From Owenia fusiformis (taxonomy: Eukaryota), in contig CAIIXF020000001.1 in the NCBI GenBank assembly GCA_903813345.2, positions 25,854,001 to 25,918,000 of the forward strand: DNA of 64,000 bases. The letters run 5' to 3'. The position numbers and the translations under genes are program-made. Under the pieces are notes generated by a model. The model ran no database searches. It was not told where the DNA came from and saw only the letters and a list, made by a program, of their open reading frames with translations. Every line of letters begins with the position of its first letter. The stretch's first letter is position 1. This document shows, one piece after another, positions 1 through 12,300 of this stretch.

Positions 1-217
1 ATACAGAGGCAATGGGCAAATGGCGCATAACAACCTATTTGCTCATCTGGGTAAGATTTACAATTTAGGATATCTGGAGTCGTTGAGACAAGTGTGACCA
101 GAACAATAAAGTTCTGTGTATATACTTGATGATGATCATGATAAGTCAATTATCAGATGAATGATATAACCCAAAATCGACAGGAAATGAATTCTAAATC
201 TAGATACTTTATCACAG

Positions 218-3200
218 GTCAAGTACAGTAGATAAACTAGGCATAGTCAACTACACAACGAGGGAGGCTTGTGGTGTTGCAGGGTTGATCAGCCCCTGGA
301 ACCTTCCTCTTTACCTGCTTACCTTCAAGATTGCCCCAGCTATTGCATGGGGGAACACAGTGGTAGCCAAACCAAGTGAGATGACCTCTGTCACCTCATG
401 GATGTTTGCTAAAGTATGCAAAGAAGCAGGTTTGTTGAACAGTATATTAGTCAGAAGCTCTGAATTTGTTTTTGCACATAAATAAGTTCTTTGCATGCAA
501 ACACCTCTCTAAAGTGAACACTTTCAGGCCAACAATTCAGTTGTCCCATTGATTCCCATGTTATCAAAATCCCTCAAGGGTATTTTTCTTTGTTAGCATT
601 ATACATGTACTATGTTTTACGTTCTCAAAATGTAAACGAGGAAAAAATTCTTGGGAGAACACTACTTGTACCAATCACATTGTTATCTAGGGTTGCCTGA
701 TGGAGTTCTCAACTTCACATATGGGACTGGTCCAGTGACAGGAGATGCCATTGTATGTCACCCAGACATACATCTTATCTCATTCACTGGAAGCACACTC
801 ACTGCAGAGAGAATACAATCAGCCAGCTCACCATTCTGTAAGAAACTTTCCCTTGAGGTAGGAAATCTGAAAGTACAACCTTTCATCTCTCATCTAATAT
901 TTATTCAAAGTTCAGGCCAGTAGCCAGGTGGGGGAGGCGTTGGAGAACAAAAAATCTTTCAAAATCATGCAGTTTTTCACCCTTCAGAGCACTTTTTGAT
1001 TGATTTTGGCCAAGATGTGAAGTTGTGAACCCCCTGGCACTATTTAAAAAGCAAACCCCCTTGGTAAAAGCTGGCTACAGGTCACATTTTTTATATGCTA
1101 TAGTGTATTTAGAGTAAAAGAGATATTTAATTATGGCTGAAATAAATGTGATTGGATCATCAATAAATTATTAAATAAGGCATTTCATTGGCCAAGATGT
1201 GAAGTTGCGAACCCCCTGGCACTATTTGAAAAGCAAACCCCCTTGGTAAAAGCTGGCTACGGGTCACATTTTTTATAAGCTATAGTGTATTTAGAGTAAA
1301 ATAGATATTTAATTGTGGCTGAAACAAATGTGATTGGATCATCAATAAATTATTAAATAAGGCATTTCATTTTCCTTATATATACAGAAAAAAACTAAGA
1401 TGTGAAGTTGCGAACCCCCTGGCACTATTTGAAAAGCAAACCCCCTTGGTAAAAGCTGGCTACGGGTCACATTTTTTATAAGCTATAGTGTATTTAGAGT
1501 AAAATAGATATTTAATTGTGGCTGAAACAAATGTGATTGGATCATCAATAAATTATTAAATAAGGCATTTCATTTTCCTTATATATACAGAAAAAAACTA
1601 ATTGTTAAATTCATATGCACACATATAAAATTTAGAGTTCTTGTTTATTTTTCAAAGCTATTATATTGGAGGGTATGTGATAGTTGTAAAGATGATTTTA
1701 CTAAGAAATGGTGACATGGTGTAACAGTCACTATCTATTTGATTAGCGTTCAGCACCATTGTTACATGTAACAAAGGTTACACTTTTGTAATTGCAACCG
1801 GTGTCTTGAATGTCATTATGAGGAGCCACTTTGCATTTTGTTATAATACATTGATACAGAATATTGATTTCCAGTTAGGAGGGAAGAACCCAGCTGTGAT
1901 ATTTTCTGACTGTGACTTCAAAAAAGCTGTTGCTACTACAGTCCGCTCAAGTTTTGCAAATCAGGGAGAAATCTGTCTTTGTACCAGTAGAATATTTGTA
2001 GAGAACACCATTTACCAGAAGTTTGTAGAGGAATTTGTAAAACAAGCCAAGTAAGTGTTAATATATTGCTATATAATTTAGGCAATAATACAAGTTCTCA
2101 ATGAAAATCTGTATTATTTCCACAGAGTTCCATGACCTTCTCTGTATTGTATGCATATTTTTTTCAATTTTACCATGACAAGTACATGTATTTATTGTAC
2201 TTTATACATGTATAAATAACATACAATCACCAATACTGAGTCGTACATAACTCTCTTAAGTTTGAGTGCTTAGATATGCTGCACCATACTGTATATTGCT
2301 CAAAATTTTCTTCCAGGGAGTTCAAGACTGGTCCCCCTGGTGATCCATCCAGTAGGATGGGGGCTCTAATCAGCAAAGAACACCTTGCTAAAGTGAGAGG
2401 CTTTGTGCATTGGGCGCAGGAAAATGGTGGAACAATACAATGTGGTCTTGAAGAATTAAACCTACCAGATGAGAACAAAGAGGTAAGAAAAGCAAAATTA
2501 TTCTTTAAGCTTTTGTCCCTGGGAGTACATAAGGGCTTGATACAAGACTAAATATGTACATCTGGGAGTACATAAGGGCTTGATACAAGACTAAATATGT
2601 ACATCTGGGAGTACATAAGGGCGATACAAGACTAAATATGTACATCTGGGAGTACATAAGGGCTTGATACAAGACTAAATATGTACATCTGGGAGTACAT
2701 AAGGGCGATACAAGACTAAATATGTACATCTGGGAGTACATAAGGGCTTGATACAAGACTAAATATGTACATCTGATACTGACACTACCAATGGTATTTG
2801 ACTTATAAAAGAATTACATGTACATGTATATGATTAGAATAATGAGTTATACTCAGTCATGCATCACTTTAGTTTCCAATCATTAACAAATGGAATATTT
2901 GTTGTAGGGTTATTTTATGGCAGCCACTGTTATAACAGACGTTGCTGACACATCAAAGGTTATGCAAGAGGAGATATTTGGTCCTGTAACATGTATTGTA
3001 CCATTTTCAACAGAAGAGGAGGTGAGGCTGTATATGTTTTCATGAAATGTTTAAAAGCATGCTAACAGATATATATGAGCCAGGCCACAGGAAAAGGGGT
3101 CTTATCACAGATTTTATCAATATTCTGATTTTTTGTTTATCTTAGAAAGCACAAAGAGACCTTTCAAATGAGCCATGGCTTATGTCTTAACAATTTCGGA

Positions 3201-4097
3201 TTTGAATTTAGCACATTTTCCTCTTAATCTTGGGCACATTTTTGGCTCTGTAGCACAATTCTAATTTTTGTGATAAGATCGGTTTTCCTATGGCCAGGCT
3301 CATATATATATATATTTAGACGGATATATTTCAATATGTTGTTGCAATATGCCACATGTAGTTTAGTTTACTGTTCCAAAGTCAGAAAGCCAATTTGTGA
3401 TTGCCTTCACCACTTGACTTAGCCAGGATGTGATGTTTCACTTGTCCTGTTGTTATAGGTAATTGAGAGAGCCAATGGTGTGAAATATGGCTTAGCAGCA
3501 ACAGTGTGGTCCAAAGATGTAGGCAGAGTACATAGAGTAGCTCGCAAATTACAGGTATGTTCATAATGTCATCATGATGTAGACTTGAAGTGGACTTCAT
3601 AATTCTTTCCATGACTTAGATTGTGAAAGGACTTGTGACAGTGTGATCATGTTAAAAATTTATTCAGAACCAATTTTATTTGGAACCAGTTGCCTAGGAA
3701 TAAAGTATTCATTGATAAAATATAATAGGAGTGGAACTTCAGCATGAGCTAGGGGTCAAATCAAAACCATCTAGTAAGAAATCTATAAATCTCAAACCAC
3801 AAGTTGAATAACATTGACTCTCTACCCTATCATCAGACTCACACATCTTTCTGTCTGTCCTCTAAAATTGTTGTATGGATGGACCTCCATATGTTGGAAC
3901 TTATACTATGCCAATACATCCTCGAATTGCACTGTGTATTATTCCAGACTGGCACTGTGTGGACCAACTGTTGGTTACTAAGGGACTTAAACATGCCATT
4001 TGGTGGCATTAAGGCCAGTGGTATAGGCCGAGAGGGTGCCAAAGAGTCTGCTGAATTCTTCACTGAACTGAAAACTATAGTGATTGCTGTTGATTAG
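218..4097 (+). CDS. ALDH8A1: Aldehyde dehydrogenase family 8 member A1 (2-aminomuconic semialdehyde dehydrogenase-like), 5'-partial; 7 exons visible
   Basis: GT-AG exons 218-429, 691-857, 1875-2050, 2317-2482, 2908-3021, 3459-3554, 3948-4097 join in frame. Motifs: GLISPWNLPLYLLTFKIAPA, VVAKPSE, SFTGST, SLELGGKNP (catalytic Glu), SSFANQGEICLCTSRIF (catalytic Cys), QEEIFGPV, CWLLRDLNMPFGGIKASGIGREG. The start codon lies upstream of the window. Confidence 0.93.
913..1083. mobile_element. Degenerate MITE of the CAGGCCCGTAGCCAGG-TIR family
   Basis: caggccagtagccagg...ctggctacagg. Internal aaaatcatgcagtttttcacc is shared with the intact copy at 35092-35295. Confidence 0.6.
1008..1600. repeat. Three tandem near-identical copies of a ~180-205 bp unit (MITE right end plus flank)
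   Basis: aagatgtgaagttg(t/c)gaaccccctggcactattt...aataaggcatttcatt recurs at about 1012, 1194 and 1397. Confidence 0.9.
2519..2775. repeat. Minisatellite, 6 units of 43/41 bp
   Basis: Unit ctgggagtacataagggc(tt)gatacaagactaaatatgtacat. Unit lengths are 43,43,41,43,41,43. Confidence 0.97.
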
Positions 4098-6220
4098 AGT
4101 GGTCTCTATTGGACAAATGTGAAATATACTCATACTCATTCTGATTTGCTATAGACAGAATGTTTAACAATCAATTGGTATTACCTCAATTTACAAAATA
4201 TGATTTATTAATGCTTTTGACAAGTCATAACAGCTGAAAACAAATTATATTTTACATTTTATAAGATGATCCGTCCTGGATACATGAATTATGATTTACT
4301 CTTCCATTTTATGATAGCTATGTATTACTATTGTATGTATGTATAGCGTTATTGTCCTAATTTAATTAGGAGATTCATAGTATTTATATGCAATTGTAAC
4401 AATTATGAAAAATGTAATATATAAATATTTTACAGTTAATCATAGGTAAAATCATGATTTTGCTAGTCACCTACTGTTGATAATATATAGACAAATATAT
4501 ATACATTCAGCGAAATCATATCATCATGTCCAGTGTATTTATTTATATAATATTTATCCAACTTATACTCACCTTTTCAAATGGAAAACTGAAGGAGTTA
4601 ATTGCCTCAAAAAATTGTACATATTGTAATAAGGAAGATTCATATGACATTGTACACTTTTTCTTTTCATGCAAAAGAGTAAAGCTTTTATGGAAATAAG
4701 TAGAGTGCAAATTAAATGCTAGATTTGGGCACAGAATTAGACTAGGACACAAACACATTTTATTCAAGTATGAATGTAAAACAAAAAAGGAAGAAGACTA
4801 CATCAATTATATTACTGTTATTGCAAAGAATTGTATAATTGTTATTGCAAAGAATTGTATAAGTAAGTACAAATATGGGGATCATCCCAATTTACTGTGC
4901 TTGTTTGATCAAGAATGTAATATTAGAAATGTATAAAATAATATAAAATAATTGGAGAAAATAAATCACAATAAAAAATCATCATCATGTCCAATGTATG
5001 GGGTTGATATGATCCTTTAAAAGGAGCTTCTTAACTTATGTACCTGTACTGTACATGTATTTGTTAAATATTTTTTATGTACTACATGAGGTAATTCCAG
5101 AAATGATTTGTACAATGTTGCTACAACATAGATTTACAATTTTAACAATTTTTCCATTCATTTTCTGAAATTAGGTTTCCACATTATCAGAATGACAATG
5201 AAACATACAGTCACTGACTACTTCGTGATACTTTCATCAAAAATATGCTAAATCTGAACAAGGTGCATCATACAGATTTTAGTCATTTTTAGATCAAATG
5301 ATCAACATTGTCAACAGTTTCCATTTAGATTTCCTAATGTACAGTAAAATGTGTCAAAATGAACACCTCTCTCTTATCTGGTGAACATGTCTAGTGGACA
5401 CCCCTCCTCCGCACATACTCTACAGATTATGTATAAATTACCCTCTCTAGCTCTTTGTGACCACCTATGTACCAACAATGGACATTTTTTGTTCAATATA
5501 CACAGGGTTTACTGGATAAGCTAACCCACAATAATAGAATTAACCGACTTGAAATTTTGCAAGTTCACTTTTTGCTCAAATATAACAATGAATGTATTTT
5601 ACCAGATAACATTAAAAAAATTAACCTTTTAACCTGACTATACATATTGAATAAGAAATAAATTAATTTATCTAAAAATGTCTTCTGTTTTTTGAACATT
5701 TAATTATTTTATGAAAATATATACATTATGCTCCCTTAAATATTTTTTTGTCAAAGATTGTAAAGTCCAAATTGATAATTATTCATAGTTGCATGAAAGT
5801 TCAAAGAAAGGCCAATATCAATCATTATAGCCACAGGGCAGTATGCTTTATGCAGAAAATATAAAATATATTAGCCTGAAAACCAAAGCTGCTGCAATGA
5901 TGTGTTTTATCCTAAACACACAATCGAGTACACAAATGAAATGAGTCCTCAATCTAAATAGATGCACTGAGTGACTAAAATGAACATCACCCGGGTAATG
6001 TCAAAAAATTGTAAGAAGCACCGCACGAAAATAAAAACAGTACACATTCTATATTTTTACCATTTATAAATTTGCAAACATTGCTATTTTTATGACAAAA
6101 AATTCCTATGGTTTTAATTAATTATTAAATATTTGATCTGATGTTCTTTACTTGACTATTACTTGAAATATTGTGTGTCGAGAGGACATCATTTATTGGA
6201 CTGTGTTAATCTGGAAGTTT

Positions 6221-6230
6221 TACTTCCGGT
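6221..6230. promoter_or_regulatory. ETS/GABP-type motif in the ERGIC3 proximal promoter
   Basis: tacttccggt (CCGGAAGT on the minus strand) about 110 bp upstream of the ATG. Confidence 0.45.
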
Positions 6231-6337
6231 TTATTTTCGACACGTTAAGTTTTCACATTTTTTATTTATTGAGTCTCTACAGCATTATAGAAGAACGATA
6301 TATATGTTTGAAAGATAAGTTTAAAGAAGTTAGCAAG

Positions 6338-9300
6338 ATGACAGCTCAGGATTTACTCAATCGGTTGCGTCAGTTCGATGCTTATCCTAAAACACTCGAA
6401 GACTTCCGAATAAAAACATTTGGGGGAGCTATTGGTGAGTTTTCTTTTTATTCTACAATTTTTTTCCAATTTTGAATACATGTTTTAAACAGAATATTAC
6501 CTTGAGTGGGTGAAGTGACCACAGTTTACCTTCTATCGAAGCCGCCACTGTAGTCCGGCCTTGTGAGTGTACTACACGGAAGTTTGAAGTTCAATACAGT
6601 AAGTAATAAATAACAGGTTAGGAAAGATCCATCTAGAATTTCATTTCTACATGGATACTGCGCATACATCCTGCAATGTGATTGGTCATAAGGCGGACCA
6701 CGGATCATTTTAACAATTTTGCAGTGCTTAGATTGGCAGTATCATCTTGCCATAATAGCAAGATTGAGGTATGAAATATGTTTTTCAAGATCCTTGAGGG
6801 TGTCATCTCAGGCCTGTATGACTAGGGATGTCACGGTTTCCTGATATTGTCCCGTCCCTTGAGGCTTTGGTCTCGGGACAAACGGGACAACCCTTGTGTA
6901 CTGAAGATTTCGGTCCATGTTCAGGATATACTATATTTGTCCTGTATATGACCCTTAAACTTCCCAAATGCACAATAAATATGATCTAAACTAGAATTTT
7001 CTTTCATTTTTACAACTTATCTGCCGGATTACGTTCATGTGTAAATGCCATCTAGTGGCAATCACTATAATATTGTGATAATGATGCGATTATAATAAAC
7101 GGAAGTTCAGGACAGAACATGCAGTTTTATTGATAACATCGAAATATGCTTTAATTTAAGTGATAACAAAGAACGTCATCGGTGAGAAAGGTAGCATTAC
7201 TTAAAATCAATCCAGTGGCGAAGCGTGGGTACCTTGTGAGAGTACGCCAGGAGTGAGCGAAGCGAACGAGCTTTGAGGGGGGGGGGGGATTGGGAGGGTT
7301 CTCCCCTCACAAGAAAATTTGCAAATGAGATTGTATTTGAAGCGTTCTCCATTTTCAAAATGTGGTGCATTCAATATGAAAATCAACTTATTTTTTTTTG
7401 AGAGTACGCCATGACGTTATATGCGTATATGACGCTACGTCATTGAATCTCAGATTACAAGTTTTTGCGCAACATGAACTGTTTAGAGTATAGCTGTGTA
7501 AATGCTTCGCGGACCAGCACTTGTCTGATATAACCGTATGCATGGTACATGATATGACCGCCGTCACGGTCTATTACTGGCTATCTCTTATTCTCTATAC
7601 TATTCTCTTATTCTCTATTAATGGCTATCTCTTATTCTGGCCCACTGACAAAGAAAAACAATATTTAAGGTCACAGTGAAATCATTAAAAGGTTGGTGAG
7701 CATTATTTCTGTCGATGTTTCATGGTTTGGGGAGAAGATTCCCGGGGATTTAAGTTGATTTGATTGTGAATATCGGCAGAAATAAGGTACGTTCGGGGGT
7801 TTTCTTTGTAGCTAATGAAAATAGATGTTAGTCTTGATGTAATTTGATGAAAGTATCCAAACTTTGGTATATTTTGACACTAGGTCCATAATCTTTTGAT
7901 AATTGTCTCTGCATTACTTATTCAACCTTTAATGGTATCAATGGTATACTATGACACCATCTTTAGAAACATATAAACTTAGTATACAGAGTAACTGGGG
8001 GACATCTGATCATAACAGTGAATGCCAATGGTAAAATATTCTGCATTATTTTCTGTTTATGGTAGTGCTTGGTAGGGGTGAATTTGTCAATGTACAGAAA
8101 TGTGATCATGTTTTGCTAATTCATCTTTATAATAGAGTGAAAATTTCACTGAAATTCTTTAAAAATTGATGGTCTGAGATTTGAGAAATTCTAAGTTGAA
8201 CTTTAAGCTGTAAATTTACATGTATGGAACAAAAAGTGAGGAGAGTTCTACCTGTGCCAGCTTAGCCTTACTTATAGTGTTGATTATTCCATCGAATGAA
8301 GTTGCGGACTTATGGGGGTAGAAGTTCTGTTTGAGAGGCAATTTTCAAAATGGCGGCTAAGTTTAAAAATGGCAGCCATTTTAGCACCTATTTTACAATG
8401 TATAAAACTGTAATAGCAATATTGTTTGAAATGTGAAAAGTTATATAGGACATTAATAAAGCTAGAAATGTTGATATTTAATGGCCGCAAATGTTTTTTA
8501 CTATAATTCCCTGGCTAAATCATTGAACATTCCTCCTTTAAAATCAATTTTTATTGTCTTTTCAACAAATTGAAAATCCTCTAAAGTGAAAAAAGTTAAA
8601 TGTTTAATGAATTGGATAAACAATATTTTATGATTATTTATTTTATGTTTGCAGTGACCATTGTGAGTGGAATATTGATGATGTTACTCTTCGTGTCTGA
8701 ATTAAACTTCTACCTTACAAAGGACGTCCATCCAGAACTATTTGTTGATACATCTCGGGGACAAAAACTAAAAATCAATGTTGATATTACATTTCCGAGA
8801 ATAGCATGTGCATGTAAGATGATTATACAAGTTCGGATTTTTTATTTTAAATTTGATGTTTTATCCAATATGAATCATTCTGGATGAGATAGTTATTAAA
8901 TGATATCATTCTGAGTAAATATGATTGAAAATATTATAGTAAGTAATTTAACTTCAAGCATATATAAAATAATGAGCTAGTTTGAAAATAAAAGTCTTCT
9001 TACAATAATTTTAAAATCTCAAGTCTTAAAGATTTTATGATTATTCCGACAATAGATAATAAGGATCACAAAATAATAATTGTTATATCTTAATTTTAGA
9101 TCTCAGTATTGATGCTATGGATGTCTCAGGAGAGTCACAGATTGATGTTGACCACAATGTATTCAAACAAAGATTAGATCTAGAAGGAAATAAAATAGAT
9201 ATTGAAAAGAAAGAAGGTTAGTACTTTGTTAACTAAATAAGACAAGGGTCTTGAGAAACCATTTTTTTAATGAATTTGTATTCATGTTTACTGTGGGGAT

Positions 9301-12300
9301 GAAACAAATAGTCAAATACTCCTCAGCAAATAGTTAGTAAGCACATTTTATTGAATTTTGATAAATGTCTAATTTGCTGTTACTGCACTTCTACTTAATT
9401 TGCCGGTCCTCTTAATCCACCAAAATAAGTAGGCCTAGCACCAACAAAGTATTTTATTTTGGAATATTTGGTACAGAACCAGGATCAGTTTAATGAAAAT
9501 TCAGTACAAGAATTTGTTTCAGTCCCAGATGTTTAAGACTTGCTATGTATTTGACTTGGGATTGCATCTCCATTCTATAAAATAAATCTGACCAATGCAG
9601 GAGTCAAATCTGATACCTGAAATCTGAAAGTACCATTCAATTTAACATTGCTGAATTGTTAAGCCAATGATCTTCTTCAACCAATGTGATCTTTATCCCA
9701 TACTATGTAAAAGTTATAATTACTTTAAAGATCTGGGAGACAAGTCAGAAAACATTACAGCAGCAGCCAAAGATGCCTTAGATCCTAAAAGATGTGAGAG
9801 TTGCTATGGTGCAGAGAGTACTGCCATCAAGTAAGTAAAGGACAAGACAAGGCCAAATGTAACTAAATAACATTTCCAATGCATGAAGATTTAAGCATTT
9901 GTTTGGAATAAAGGGATAATTAATATTCTGGATGCTTATTTGCTCATTTATTTTTTTGCTCAGATTTTTTAAATATGTATTTTTGAGATGAATAATAAGG
10001 CAATGTTTTGCTTCAGTTGTCACAATTTAAGATATTAATATGCTTTTTTTTATTTATGTTGTACAAGTAGCATGAGAGAATATTATGTATTGTTATAATG
10101 TAACATGAATAAAATATTTCAGGTGCTGTAATACCTGTGAGGATGTTCGTGAAGCATATCGTCAGAAAGGATGGGCATTCAAGGATCCTGATGGCATCAT
10201 CCAATGTTCTCGTGAGGGTTGGTCCGAAAATATGAAAGAGCAGAAGAATGAAGGCTGCCAGATGTATGGATATTTGGAAGTTAATAAAGTTGCGGGAAAC
10301 TTTCATTTTGCTCCTGGAAAAAGTTTTCAACAGCATCATGTACATGGTGAGAAAAACTACCATTCCTTGATATTCTAATATTAATCATAAGAGATGTTTG
10401 TTTTTGTAAAGTTTACTGATAAACATTCACTGATTAATTAATGTCAAAATCAAAAGAACCTTTGTTCCACAATGCACGCTCATGACATCTGCCCCAAGTG
10501 TTGTATGCTCTAACTGCATAGGACAGTGATGAAATAATCTCATTTTGTGTAATTTAACTTCCTCCTATTTTATTTCAGTTCATGATTTACAACCATTTGG
10601 AGGAAATAAGGTATGTACAGATATTGGTTACCACTTCTATCACAAAGGTTTAACTGCATGTATTTTATTATTAAATTATTATTAGGGTTTTTATTGACCT
10701 AATGGATCCCATACCATGATCCTATCAAAGAATTTGTTCCAGGGTAATATAATAGTAGCTGCCATGTCGATATGTTATTTTCCTCTGTTTTCCTAAAGTG
10801 AAAACGCCAAAATATTGCATGTTGGTGAACTTCCAGCAAAATATGCAATGTCAGCTCCTTGTTGTGTTTTAGATTTTTCGATATACATGTATAATCAAGC
10901 AATATGATACACTTTTTTGATCAATTACAGTAATTAGAGAAACCATATTTTGATCAAGCACTGTGAGAAACTGAGTTTTGATGAATCATTGTGACCAGTT
11001 TTGCTGAAATGTAGGTGAATGAATTTTGAATTATTGGACCATTTATTTGCTTGAGTTCATACATTGGAACGCATAAGGGGTGAATAATGAAAAATATACC
11101 TGTCCACCTAAAGTGAAGAAAATATGGTACATTTTTAAAAATGTTTGATAGTTTCATTTTTGGTCTGGCTAGAAACTAGAAGTAAATGTGACTAAGATAT
11201 CCCTTGTCACAAGCTTGGTTTTTACAGTTGATCCCCTTCAGAGTAGTAGATTGACTGATCGATCTGGCATTGCAGTAAAGGTCCTTGAACTATCTCATAC
11301 TTACAACTGTACAAGTTATACTTTGCATTTAGATTGATTTGAAATCAGCTCCTATTTATATCTTGATAATGCTCATATTGATGATATTAAAGTAATTTAT
11401 TATATTTTCAGTTCAACCTCAGCCACAATATAAAACACCTATCATTTGGTACAGATTACCCAGGCATGGAGAATCCCCTGGATAAAACTACTACAATTGC
11501 AGAAAAAGGTAAGAATCGAGCCTTATTTCTATTTCATGTGCCAAGTTTTTCACTTTCTCAAGTTTGGTCATTTCATTCATCTTACATGGGGTGTCATATT
11601 GATTTCAGATTTTGTGGTCATTTAAAAAGTTATTCTGGACCAATCTGCAAGTTTTCTTGTGGTTTTCCTCACCATGGGTCCATTAGATAGTACAATTCAG
11701 ACATGGTCCAAGCAATGGATTGCTTTATTTGGCTCCAAAAATGTTGAGCCTCTGAAATCAGCGACTCATCTATGCTTACTGGCTCACATGTTGGGCCTAT
11801 GGGATCAACTGAAGAGTGCATACTCATATCCATTTTATGAGGATCTGAATGAGCTGGTAAATACCATAAGTAATGCCTCCTATTTTTGCTTTTAGACTTG
11901 TAAAATGTTATTAGCAATGATAAAGCTCAAATAACAATTTCAGGATTTATTCCATTGTAATATATAGGATAAATGTATCCGTGAAATATTTGTAAATTGA
12001 TAACTTAATCTATTTGAAAAAAAACGGAAATGTGACAAAAAAATGATTTAAACCTGCACATCGCTCCAAAACGCAATATGTTGACATATATTGTTTTTAC
12101 ATTTTTAAGCTCTAATATAAAGTTTATGTAAATAAAAATTGTTTTTTTCTGTGTTATATCAAAGAACAATCATTTAGTTAAAAAAAATAAAAAGGCGAAT
12201 GCGGGATTCGAACCCGGGCCTCCCGCGTGCTAAGCGAGAATTGTACCCCTAGACCACCGTCTTCTTATGAATGTTGAATGTAATTAAACGCTACTTATTT

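Noticed and set aside
2505..2756. 83-aa repetitive ORF and a CRISPR-like appearance
   Set aside because: It is a translation of the minisatellite. There are no unique spacers and the context is eukaryotic.
12193..12263. Functional tRNA-Ala(AGC) or a mistranslating tRNA
   Set aside because: The acceptor stem cannot pair and the T stem has a mismatch, so it is treated as a pseudogene.
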